Shown here piece after piece: positions 26,341 to 38,707 of a DNA stretch of 64,000 bases. Position 1 is the stretch's first letter. Every line of letters starts with the position of its first letter. The translations under genes were made by a program, and so were the position numbers. The notes below the pieces were generated by a model. That model was not told where the DNA came from. It made no database searches and saw only the letters and a list, made by a program, of their open reading frames with translations. Source of the DNA: Octopus vulgaris (Eukaryota); NCBI GenBank assembly GCA_951406725.2, contig OX597824.1:67828001-67892000 (forward strand). The letters are read 5' to 3'.

Positions 26341-27539
26341 AATTAAAGTACACACGGCCAATGCAATAAACAGAACAGAAACAGGCGACTTACCTTGCGT
26401 GCAATACAGAAGTAAGTAATGCGCATATCTCAGGATCAATTGATTTCGCTTTCTTTATGAAAAATCGTACTTAACCTCATGAGGCAAACTTAACGGTACA
26501 ACATCTATTTATGAAATATTCATTGCATTACATCGTATGCGTTCTTACATTTGAATGCCCCCGCGATATTTAAAACGAACTTATCGATCGTGAGCCAGTT
26601 TTATTTAAAATTACATAAGTATTATTACCGGTATTAATAATAATTTTGATAATAATAAAGTGGCTAGCAAGTTTACGCCTTTGTTGCATGGGGCGTGTGT
26701 ATTTTAATTGTGAATAATTTGTGATATTGGAGTGATGGCTCTGTTCATAGCAACTGGTATGCTACCTTTCACTTACTTAACATCTCTTGTTGGTCACATT
26801 GGAAAAGTTTTGACTGAGCAAACAGTAGTTAATTCAGAAAAGCATATGCGTCAAGTGATAGAAAAAGTGAAAGAACAAAATATTAACAAGAGCAATCAGA
26901 GAACGCAAACCTCCGCCAAGGCGACACCAACGTCCTCTCAACAATTAAGCCAGAGATGAGTTTTAAAATGAAAATAACTCAAATAAACTCGACAACAAAC
27001 GAGAATACTAACAATGAACCCGACCGCTCTCAAAAATTAAGCAAATTGATAAGAAAAATAATCCAGAATCTTTTTCCGATACCGGATCGATCCCATAATC
27101 TAATCAGTCGTGCCAGTCACGAAGCCAAACATCCCTGAAGGTTTTATCCGAATCCATCCAGCGGTTCTTGAGCAAAACCGGAAAATACATAAGATTAAAT
27201 TTAATATGATTTTACTTCCTGTTTGTGAGATGGACTGAAATTGTGGTATGTTATTTCGACTTTAGCACATCATTATGTTTTAATGACTTACTAATTCGAA
27301 AATTTCTTTCCAATTAACGAAGGAAATTGTTTAGGAAATATTGCATTTGGAATACGAGGTGAATTCCAGAGGATTTGAAAACTTTTAGGTGAGGCAGAAA
27401 TAAATATCCTAGATTGTTGCGATTTTAAAATGTCAGTACGATACATCAAATAAGCTGACCTGCCAACTCTTGTTATTCCACATTGAAGGATACGACTGTG
27501 AAAGCACTCCCAACACATGCAGATAAATGTTGCTTGTCA

Positions 27540-28120
27540 CAGCCGAGTAGTTTTCTGAATGGAGTCGGGACAATTTGGAAGATTGTAATGCAATTAAATT
27601 TTATGTCAAACTAAGCAAAAACGCTGAGGAGACTTATGAAATGTTCCAGACTGCATGAGCTAAGCGTCTGCTTTTCACTGGCACAATAGACCAGGGAAAG
27701 CAAGCACCCCGGGAGGCTCGTGGTGATCCCCTTTTTCGCCAACAATAGCATCATCGATATCCACTGGAATCTCTCTGGTCAGACAGAGGGAGTTCAAGAA
27801 GAGATTTCATCGCTAAGGTCCAGAGCACCAGCCTACAATTCTGTCCTAGTAACCAAATACAAAGATGGGTATGAACACTGGTCCCCATCCAGCTTGCAGT
27901 TCAAATTTTGTTCCCTGACACTTTTGGTTGTTACCCAAGCTGAATGAGAAAATAAAGGTGGCTGTGACAAAGGTTCTGGATGCTTTCACTTTGGATGCGC
28001 CTGTGGGACCTCTACAAGTACAGAAGTTGGAAGATACTTTGAAGGTAATAGTTTTGTACTCATCTGACATTAATATCTCGTCTGAAACAGACTTAAAACT
28101 TCTGGAATGCACCATATAAT
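27540..28120 (+). mobile_element. Degenerate mariner-like transposon
   Basis: NAIKFYVKLSKNAEETYEMFQTA resembles the mariner N-terminal HTH; ends with ttaaaacttctggaatgcacc-TA. Confidence 0.55.
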
Positions 28121-29083
28121 TATACACACACATACAGACACACACACACACAGACGGACGCACGCTCGCACGCATACACACGGACGCACGAACGCACGCA
28201 CACACGCACATATATATGTATAAAAGTTATTTTAATTCTGATATTCACACGAGAACAATATACTCACGCAAACATATATGCATACATAGATACATACATT
28301 CCTACATACATACATACATACATACATACATACATACATACATACATACATAAATACATACATACATACATGATTTGGGAAAGAGAAGAGAAATTGTGTA
28401 CTGTTGTGGAAATCAGCTGCCCAGTGGATGTTAACAGAAAGTTGAAGGTCAGTGAAAAACAAAATACCAACGCAGGCCTATTGAGAAATCTTCGAAACAT
28501 ATGTCGAAAATAAAGAAAATTTGTTAATTTGTCGTTCAACTCCATTCTTTCATTTATTCATAAATTTTATAAATATATTTATATATAAATATATTGCAAT
28601 TACTCTATCCAGACTAAAAGTTCATATTTGTACCTATAATTATTGGGACATGGGGATATGTAACACACTGCCTAAATACCAATCATGTGAAATTAGTCTT
28701 CTCAAAATCAGAAAGGAAACAGCTGATTCGAAGAATATAGATCCAAGCAATCACTAGTACTGTAAAAATCAGTAAAAATTTCCAGTTTTTCATTTAAGAA
28801 TATGCGAGCAAGTCTAGGCATACAAGTATATGCATGAGAAGACATACATAAAACTAAACGTAGAAATCAGCACGTGTACATACATACAAAAATGCCCTGT
28901 TGTTGACGTTGAAGTTCCAATGAAAGTTCTTGGATCTCGGTTAGAAACCGGCTCTTTCTGTATTGGCAACAAATCTTAAAATAAAACTGAACAATGACGT
29001 TCATACATAAATCATAAATATATATATATATGTATGTATACACACACACAAAGACATATACATACATGCATACATACATACAT

Positions 29084-29142
<59 letters not shown>

Positions 29143-29202
29143 TGTATATATACATATTTACATACATAAATACATACATACATACATACACACATACATA
29201 CA

Positions 29203-29238
<36 letters not shown>

Positions 29239-29487
29239 TATATGCATTTTCGTGGATTTTTCATATTTTACGCTAACATTTCCATGTGTATTTTATACTT
29301 TCTTTTATAACATATTTCTACTATATATATATATATATATATTTGAGTAGAAAAATGAAATATCTTTTTATGGATAATTCGTTTAACCGATACCTGGGTA
29401 GCAAATTCACATCAGAAATAGCACGGTTGAAGTTACGTGCCTAGGGCAGAGACTACGTGTTTTCGTGTGGAAGTTTGTGTGTATTTT

Positions 29488-30632
29488 TATAAAATTTATG
29501 AATAAATGAAAGAATGGAGTTGAACGACAAATTAACAAATTTCCTTTATTTTCGACATATGTTTCGAAGGCTGCATATTCCTAATTGTGAAGGAATAAGG
29601 AGTACATTATGCCGCTTTCTCATCAGGAAAAACAAGGAATTTATGTCAACATCAAGATTCACAGAAACTTTTTGATGACTGCTCTCACGGAGCGCATAGC
29701 AATAATGAGTGTCTCTTTAATATTCCTTTATAAGGAGTGACGTGAAACTGGTTGAATGTAGAAAATTCTAGAAGGTTCTAAAGGTTCAAGAGTTCAAACG
29801 AAGTAGGGGGAGAGAGAGGCCTAAGAAAAGTAAGGTGATTTGGAACAGGTCGTATGTATGGTGGGTTTTGTTAAATTCTTTTGTGAATGAGTGTCTGTGT
29901 GAGTGAATGAATATAACTGTATTAATACCTATGTGTGTGTATGTGTGTGCGTGAATGTGTATGTGGCTGGGTAGATGTCAAAAAAACAGATAGTTGTGTT
30001 GTAGCAGATATGTGTCTGTGTGCTTGATTACTATAGATAGAGGGGAAGAGAGAGAAAAAGAAAGAGGAGGGCGAGGTATTGGGACAAAGGCAAAACAAAC
30101 CTCAATAGATTGGGTAGTATGTCTTTGAAAGCATAAAATTTTTTTTTAAACTGAAGGGGTGAAATATATAAATGGAAATATATTAATAAAAATTCAAGGG
30201 GGTTATCTATATTAGTCATTATTTATATGAGTGAAAGGTGTGTTTTCTCCAGTGCAAGCACCTGTAGGACCTCTCGACGATTGAGTTTATTAAAGGTATT
30301 TTGGCGAATAATATATGAAAAAATTCAGAATTACATACGCCACAAATTTGTGGCGTCTGTAATTCTGAATCTTTGACGTCACTCCTTATAAAGGAATATT
30401 AAAGAGACACTCATTATCGTTATGCGCTCCGTGAGAGCAGTCATCAAAAAGTTTTTGTGAATCTTGATGTTGACATAAATTCCTTGTTTTTCCTGATGAG
30501 AAAGCGGCATAATGTACTCCTTATTCCTTCACAATTAGGAATATGCAGCCTTCGAAACATATGTCGAAAATAAAGGAAATTTGTTAATTTGTCGTTCAAC
30601 TCCATTCTTTCATTTATTCATAAATTTTATAA
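29488..30632. mobile_element. Penelope-like remnant with ~255-bp inverted pseudo-LTRs
   Basis: 29488-29743 is the near-exact reverse complement of 30376-30632, and each arm carries a hammerhead. A partial third copy is at 28490-28580. Confidence 0.75.
30478..30582 (+). ncRNA. Type I hammerhead ribozyme, canonical core (mirror copy on minus strand ~29538-29642)
   Basis: Stem I AAATTCCTTGTTTTTC/GAAAATAAAGGAAATTT; CTGATGA 30493-30499; stem II GAAAGCGGCAT/ATGCAGCCTTC; GAAA 30554-30557; palindromic stem III CATATG; GUC triplet ending 30565. Confidence 0.8.
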
Positions 30633-31372
30633 CTATATTTATATATATATATGCTTTAAGTGCGAGTATTTTTTTATACGGCACCGTTTTTACAATCCTG
30701 CACATAATAATAATGGTATTTTTATATAAGCTTAAATCTTATGGCGATCACCGTGCACTGACTAAGGAAAATGGTGTAATAAAGGGGTATATAAGCCCTC
30801 GACAAAAAATTCCAATTCGCGTGGATAATTTAATCTTGAAGGGAAGAAAGTCTTACCTTTCGATAAGACACAATGACTTGACAATGAAAAAATACGAATT
30901 TTTTTTACAGCAAAATGTTTCTATTTTCGCTTTTGCTAAACAGTATTTTAGTCATTTACAAATCTTTTTATGTGAATGTGATTTCAAAAATGTAAATTGT
31001 TTGTGCAGTAAGTATTCATATTTTAGCTTTTTAAACAGACAATATTTTTATGTTTTTTATAATTATTTTCAAGTGAATGCTATTACAAAATTTTTGGCAT
31101 ATTCAAGAAATATTTTAAAGTGAAAATGACTTCAAAAATAACGTAAATATTCCATAAAAGAGCCGAAATACCGGTTACGTGGTAGCAGGGTATGAAAGAA
31201 ATAGCAGTTAAACATTTTCTTTTCTGTGGAAAGGGGCCGTTTACGCGTGATTTCGATGTCACGTTCGTTGAATGCATCCGAAATAATCTGGAAAAGAAAA
31301 GAAACCCCACGAAAGAAAATTCCGTTGCTGGGAAACTCAGACTTTGCCGGTGACCGAACTGGTCACGAGCAG

Positions 31373-31437
<65 letters not shown>

Positions 31438-31974
31438 TTTATATCTGTACGGAGAGAGATAAAGAGGGATAGAAAGAGGGATAAAAACAGGTACAGACAT
31501 ACAGGCAGACTACGACACATTGAAATAAGCTTAGCTATCACTGACAAACGTGTTTGATTTGGGAGCTTGCGTTATGATGTCGCTTAACGATTTTAACTCC
31601 GGATTAATGGCAACAGTCATAGCTACCATGTTGCTCCTTCCACACTTGGCTCACTGCAACATCGACTATGTAAAAGCTAGAATGAGAGAAGTTTGTATTA
31701 GAAGTCGACTGGCACTAATGTTTAAGTAATTGAACTTGGAGAGCATGAAACCATGTGCTTGGTGCATTATTATGCATGTATATGTGTGTAGTTGTTTATT
31801 TAACTTAGTGGGGAGAGAAAGATATAGAGTGTGAGAGTGAGCGTGTGTGTGTGTTATGTTTGTGTGTGCGTGTGTGTGCGTGTGTGTGTGTGTGTGTTAA
31901 GCAGACAATTAGAGAAACTGGAATTTATATATTATATAACCTTGGAATATAATTATTGAAGAAAGTAAAACAGT

Positions 31975-32113
31975 ATGAGATCTTCCCAAGTTGACGTTGA
32001 TCGAATCCTACGTGTTCTGGGACAAACAAGATTTTTCCACACCACTCAATGCGTTCTGATTTGTGCCTCTGTAATTTTAGCGTCGATAAATAGTTTTTTC
32101 TACGTATTCTTTG
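31975..32113 (+). CDS. SLC22-like module B exon 1
   Basis: ATG...TTTG|GTatgt. Translates MRSSQVDVDRILRVLGQTRFFHTTQCVLICASVILASINSFFYVFF. Same length (139 nt) and phase as 43096-43234. Confidence 0.8.
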
Positions 32114-32369
32114 GTATGTAACAATACATATATTTGCATGCATTTGTATAGCAGGGCCTTTTGAGGAAAACAAATTGTGTTGCAGTGAATTCATGTGTTT
32201 TGATTTTGAATTGTGTATGGGTATATGAAACGTGGCCACAGCATTGGGTGAACTTAAATAACTCGGATATGTTTCGACCAAAATTTGGTTCAAACCACGT
32301 TTAACTTGACAGCACTACATAATAGGATCTGTTAGGTCACTTTTAAGTCAATTATTGTAGCATCATTTC

Positions 32370-32600
32370 TCATTCCTGTTGTGAGTTGTTGTTGGCTGAG
32401 ATACACCCAGGCATAGGCAGCTTTTCTGGAATCCCTTGATGAAATTTGTCCATGTCTCTTTTGAAGGTGATGGGAGCCTTTTCTTCTATGATTTGTTTTG
32501 GGGTAATGTTAAAGAGAGAAGGGCCTTTTGAGAAAATGAAATTGTGTTGCAGTGAGCAAATGATGCAGGGCTCGGGGCGGCGCTGGAGAGAATAAAGTTT
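32370..32600 (-). mobile_element. CR1/L2-type LINE 3' fragment
   Basis: HNFIFSKGPSLFNITPKQI.......FKRDMDKF...IP resembles the CR1-group ORF2 C-terminus. Confidence 0.55.
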
Positions 32601-32669
32601 CGATGTTTTATGAATATATATTTCTACACACACACACGCACACACGCCTATATCTATCTACCTATCAAC

Positions 32670-32754
<85 letters not shown>

Positions 32755-32789
32755 AATATATATATATTTGTTTCTCAACTTTTTTTTGT

Positions 32790-32835
32790 GTATCTTTCTG
32801 TCGAAGAGCGTAGGCTCGAAACGTAAAAGACTTTT
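32790..32835 (+). ncRNA. Degenerate minimal hammerhead-like motif
   Basis: CTGTCGA-A-GAGC-gtag-GCTC-GAAA-CG-TA at 32798-32825. A6 is substituted; same layout as 20549. Confidence 0.4.
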
Positions 32836-32926
32836 TCTATTTCTATCCCTGAGCGCTATACTAATACATTTGTTTGTTTGTACTCCACCTGCCTTCGTCT
32901 TTTGTTTATTTTCGTAAACTTTCCCG

Positions 32927-32973
<47 letters not shown>

Positions 32974-33114
32974 CGATGAGGACCGAAATGTCAAACATCT
33001 AAGTCCGCTGGTACAGTCCAAATAAAGAATATATATAAAAATATATATATACTTAGTATTTGCAAAAACTGTAATTTTTTTCCTTTCTTTATACTTCGTT
33101 CTATATATGTGTGT

Positions 33115-33166
<52 letters not shown>

Positions 33167-33242
33167 GTGGGTGTGAATGTGACTAAATATATATATACCT
33201 ATATATACTTCATTGATTAAACCTCGCCAAGTTAAATATGTA

Positions 33243-33312
33243 AACCACCTGAAGAATGACTGTAACTCGAAAATTTTAAGAATTGAACAGCCATGAAACG
33301 ATCGTACTGTTA
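33243..33312 (+). ncRNA. Hammerhead-like motif, canonical core, degenerate stem I
   Basis: CTGAAGA 33249-33255; stem II ATGACTGT/ACAGCCAT; GAAA 33295-33298; palindromic CGATCG; TA. Confidence 0.5.
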
Positions 33313-33458
33313 TATTAATTATCTTTTTTAATAATTTTGATATATATTTAAATAATATAAATTAATTAATCTTATGTATTGGCTTAAGTTTTTCATTTAA
33401 GTTTTAAGTTTTCACTATTTGCCTAATAGTGGTTTTATCTCTAATGTAATATAATATA

Positions 33459-33492
<34 letters not shown>

Positions 33493-33498
<6 letters not shown>

Positions 33499-33717
33499 AA
33501 TCCCTCGACTATGCTGGGTGTTACGTTCTAAAAACCCCGTGATAGGTGAAAATCTGCGAAGTAGAAGCAGTACTGTACTGTATATTTTTAAAAAACTATT
33601 TCTATAATTTGCATGTATTTTTAATTATAAATTCAAAACAACACCACAGCGAAATCGACGTAAGCTTAAATAATAAACCGCGATAGGTGAACCGCGATAT
33701 GGCGAGGGATTATTGTA
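33493..33717. mobile_element. pogo/Tigger-type MITE
   Basis: Termini ta-cataaatccctcgactat... and ...atatggcgagggattattg-ta are inverted; TA flanks. Confidence 0.6.
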
Positions 33718-33944
33718 TATGTAAGTATGTATATATATGTGTGTGTAAGTGTGTGTGCGTGTGTGTGTGTGTGTGTTTGTTTGTGTTTGTGTGTGTGTGC
33801 GTGTGTGAATAGATATTTATATGTATGTATACATATAAGCATGTATATACCTCTCTCTCCCTACAACACAAACAATGATAATAATTATAGTAGTATGGAA
33901 TTCCATAGGCTGTAGTTACGCATCATTATTATGCTACGAGTTAC

Positions 33945-34350
33945 TACTGGCGTGCTGGCAGAAACGTTAGTACTCCGGGCGAAATGCGTAGCCATATTTC
34001 GTCTGCCGTTACGTTCTGAGTTCAAATTCCGCCGAGGTCGACTTTGCCTTTCATCCTTTCGAGGTCGATTAAATAAGTATCATTTACGCACTGGGGTCGA
34101 TGTAATCGACTTAATCCCTTTGTCTGTCCTTGTTTGTCCACTCTATGTTTAGCCCCTTGTGGGCAGTAAAGAAATAGGCATTTCTCTTGTCGCTACGTTC
34201 TGAGTTGAAATTTCACAGAAGTCGACTTCGCCTTTCATCCTTTCAAGGTCGATAAATTAAGTACCAGTGAAACACTTGTATCGATGTAATCCACTAGTCT
34301 CCACCCCACCCCCACAAATTTGAGGCCTTGTGCCTCCAGTATAAGAACTA
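33945..34350 (+). mobile_element. Two tandem SINEs with Meta-domain-like core
   Basis: ttctgagttcaaattccgccgaggtcgactttgcctttcatcctttcg.ggtcgat occurs twice. Confidence 0.7.
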
Positions 34351-34528
34351 TATTTATCCTAAGCTGAAAGGAGTTCCACATTTGCATACCTATACCATTG
34401 GGTTATCCCAGAACATGGAATTAACATGTGGTAGACAAAAGGCATAGGAGCTTTCAAGAGCGCAATACGAGGCTTTTGCCCACTCTAAACTAAACGAATA
34501 TATATATATATTGTTATTGTTATTATTA

Positions 34529-34605
<77 letters not shown>

Positions 34606-34854
34606 GTTATTATTATTATTATTATTATTATTTCTAAGTCTATCTAGAGGGGACTACGGCAGCAGTACTGGGTATTAATAGTTATCACCATCAGTGCTGC
34701 TGCTCTAGTCTCCTTTAGAGAGATTTAGAAATAATAATATTTATATTTCGGAAAACCAGTGGATGTGTTCCATGTGTATATATAAACTTTTGTAAATTAA
34801 ACAGTTAGGTTCGACTACGCCACATTGATAAAGGGCAAATACTCTGAAACATTG

Positions 34855-35745
34855 TAAAATGCGAGCAAGGGGAATAATATTTTTAAGATTATATACCTGG
34901 AAAAGTACAGGATTATATACCTGGAAAAGTACAGGTCAAGTTTTTACACTTGGAAAAGTTCAGGACAAGTTATTACAACTGGTAAAGTACTGAACAAAAC
35001 ATTTTTTCCTTAAAATATTGCAGCTAAGGATAAAATTTCAAATTATTTTGATTTAGAAAATATTAGCTTTTGTTGAAACTAAAAAATGTATTACAAGTTA
35101 TTACTGCCATTTGTTATTACTTGTTACTTCTATTAAAAATTAATAATAACTCAAAACCTTTTTTTGCATTTACGAAAAAAATTCATTTGTTTAATTATTA
35201 ATTAATAAACATTTGAAAATAGGTTATAAAAATAATAGTACTACACAATTAGTACAATAAATAGGATAATAAAAAAAATCAGTTATATATTACAATACAA
35301 TCTACCCACACCAATAAATTAACAGTAAAATTGGCTTGAGTTATTGCCTAAGTTATTGCCAAGTCTTCACATTTTTTGTCTTGACCCAATGCCTATTTTT
35401 ACATAATGAATTTACCTACCATATATACTATTCTACTTTGCATAAAACTTTAACCATATTGGTACTTCTGGCTCTCGTTTTTAAAGTATTCTAGTGTGTC
35501 AATATTTTAACAAAATAAGAGTATCTTTTTTTATATTTTTTATGTTACTTAGTAAATTAAAATCAAATAATTTTTAATATTCAAATTTTATCCTTAGCTG
35601 CAATATTTCAAGTAAGAATTTTCTTGTTCTGTACTTTATCAGATGTAATAACTTCTGAACGTTTCCAAGTGTAATAACTTGTCCTGTACTTTTTCCGGTT
35701 TATAATCTTAAGAATATTATTTCTCTTCTTCGCATTTTTCCATGT
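34855..35745. mobile_element. MITE with ~190-bp TIRs containing subterminal repeats
   Basis: 34855-35045 is the reverse complement of 35580-35745; internal repeats of cctggaaaagtacagg. Confidence 0.7.
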
Positions 35746-36186
35746 AATGTTCTTTCCAGGCTATGCTATTATGCTAATTAAAAATTGATAATGTGTCAAT
35801 AATTTAAGATTTTACATTATTGAAAATTGAGTAATAAATTTAAAGTGTGTGTTGTATGTGTATGTCTGTGTGGGTGTGAGAGAGAGAGATGGTGGGTGTG
35901 TGTTGTTGCTGCTGTGTATGTGTGTGTGTGCGTGTGTTGTTGTTGTTGTCGTGTGTGTGTGTGCGTTTGTGTGATGGAAAAAGAGTGAGACAGCGTACAT
36001 TTTTTAATTTTTACTCACATCTTTTTTGAGTGATTGACTGAGAGGGAGCGGTGTGTGAGGTCAGAGGGTTAGAGAGAGAAAGTGGGTGTTGCTCTGTGTG
36101 TGACAGAGAGAGAGAGAGAGAGAGAGAGAGTGATAGCGGAAATTTTATTCATTTACTTTTTCTCACATCTTTTTCAGTATGTCATT

Positions 36187-36226
<40 letters not shown>

Positions 36227-37441
36227 GTGTCTTGCTGTGTGTGTGAGAGAGAAAGGGGGGAGAGAGTGATAGCTTAATTTTTTATTTAGTTTTGCTCGCA
36301 TCTTTTGTAGTGAGTGACTATGTGGTTGATTGACTGAGAGAGTGAGAGGGGGAGAGGCTGTTACACACGCGCACAAACACATACGTGCACCCATTATCTG
36401 TCGTATACACGTACCTGTACAATTACATATGCAAACATGTTTTTTATGTTTGCGTGTGAGGAAGAGAGCGAAAAGTCACTCACTGAGTAAAGGTGTGTGT
36501 TCTCATGATAATATTTTTGCATGTAAGTATAAGTAGCTAAGTAAAATTTTCGCTGTCATTCCCTCTCTCTCTCTCTCACTCACTTTCTCCCCCCCACACA
36601 CACACACATAGACAAACAACACAGACTTTATGTCTCTTATCCCCCATCAACATACATCTGTGTCCATTTGCTCTCATTCACTTTATGCCGACTTCAAACA
36701 AAATGTACATTTCTACACACAAAAATAAATAAATAAAATATTTTTACGGAATTTACCGAACGCCGTTAGGTAACAGCTAAGCTGCGCATACACGCCTTCG
36801 ATTTGAAACCAAAGATTGCCAAAATGTCTTGGTTATTACTAAAATTTTTCATTGTTAGGATATAATTGCATTAATATAGATGACGTAATTAAACTAATTT
36901 TTTCCTTACCACAATGATGCTGGTGACATATTAAATGTCCCCTTATAGAAATATATTACTACCCTCAAATTTGAGAAACAAACACATAATTTTTCTCTTT
37001 TGAAATTTCATTGCATGAAATTGATACCATGAAATTCCTCGAACTGAGCTCTATCAATTAAGCTTAATTAAAATATAGTTTGTCTTTAAAATGAAAAAAG
37101 TTAATTATAGTTAAATCTAATTTTTTGCCTTATATTCTTTTTTCATGATATTTTACTTCACAACTTTCTGGATACAAATTTTTGTTGCTTGGGATAAAAA
37201 CTATGAAATTCTTCTTGCATTTTTCTTTCGTTGAATATATATTTTGCTTTTAAAATTAAATATATATATATACTTATGCACAAAGATACAAACTCATATG
37301 TGCATAAACGTATATTTGTCTGTTTATATGTATAGATGTGCATTGTTTAGCACTTCCGCTATTCCTAAAAAATTTAGAAGTAAAATTGAAACTGATCATA
37401 TGATACTATACGTAGCTCACTTACTCCACCTTGTTCCACAG

Positions 37442-37650
37442 CCATCACCCCTGAATACCAATGTAATAATCTGACAGAGTTTCAACTCAATCAATACAAC
37501 ATATCGATTGATGAAGCCGATCTGATATATGATAAATGCTCTATAGACATCATCATTACCGATGGAGGGTTTACTACCGAGAATCGAACTCTGGACTGTG
37601 TGAATGGTTATTACTATACCACACCAGTTGATAAGTCTATAGTGTCACAG
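37442..37650 (+). CDS. SLC22-like module B exon 2 (extracellular loop)
   Basis: ccacAG|CCATC...TCACAG|GTaggt. Translates AITPEYQCNNLTEFQLNQYNISIDEADLIYDKCSIDIIITDGGFTTENRTLDCVNGYYYTTPVDKSIVSQ (loop cysteines, N-glycosylation sequons, SIVS motif). Confidence 0.82.
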
Positions 37651-37819
37651 GTAGGTTCAGTTCTATTACTGTATTAAACTGTTGTTAAGAATTGATATGT
37701 GTTCATCTGAGGTGTATGTCATCTCTGTGTTCTGACTTCTGTCAAGTATGAATAATGTTGTCTGCTATTTTTTAACGTATAAAAGCGCATTGAAAATAAC
37801 TGTAAATAAAACAATTCAT

Positions 37820-37890
<71 letters not shown>

Positions 37891-38290
37891 TAATCCTTTA
37901 CTTCAGTCATTAGACTGCTGCTATGCTGGTGCACTGCCCTTAAGAATTTATAGTCGAATGTATCGACACCAGTACTTTTTGATTAAAGCCTAGTACTTAT
38001 TCTATCGAGTTCTTATTACGGAACCGCTAAGTCATGGGAATATCGAGACACTTACACCGGCATAGAGAGAGAAAGAGAGAGAGAGGAACGGAGTAAGGAA
38101 TGGACAGTTTGGTGTAGGTAGAGTTGGCAGTGTGAATTGCGTCATGGTGCTGTTTTTCTCACAGACGGCGCCCAACTGACCCTATTATATCATATGTAGT
38201 CGACAAAATCAAAAACAAACCATGCGTATGCACGAAATAAAAAATAATAAAATGGCGACAATTTACTCATCGTACATTATGTGTGTGTGC

Positions 38291-38353
<63 letters not shown>

Positions 38354-38359
38354 CACACA

Positions 38360-38625
38360 CAAAGATAAATTGATAGATACAACTGAGTGGGCAAACAAAA
38401 ATATGAGACACAGCGTAGTGCTTTTTTTATGTTGATAAGCCTGGTACTTATTCTATTAGTTTGTTCTTGTGAACCCAGTAAGTTATGGGGATGTAAATAA
38501 ACGAACAGCAGTTGTGAAGCAGTGATGAGGGTGAAACACAGAAACAAAGTCACACACATACGCTTAAATATACACATACATATATATATACGATTGATTT
38601 CTTTAAGTTTCTGTCAACGAAATCG

Positions 38626-38707
<82 letters not shown>

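Noticed and set aside
30581-31123. 180-aa ORF
   Set aside because: Non-ATG start within a pLTR arm, AT-rich composition, no motif or splice support.
34625-34740. Short imperfect hairpin after (TTA)n as a possible pre-miRNA
   Set aside because: Equally consistent with a small foldback repeat; no expression or conservation evidence is available.
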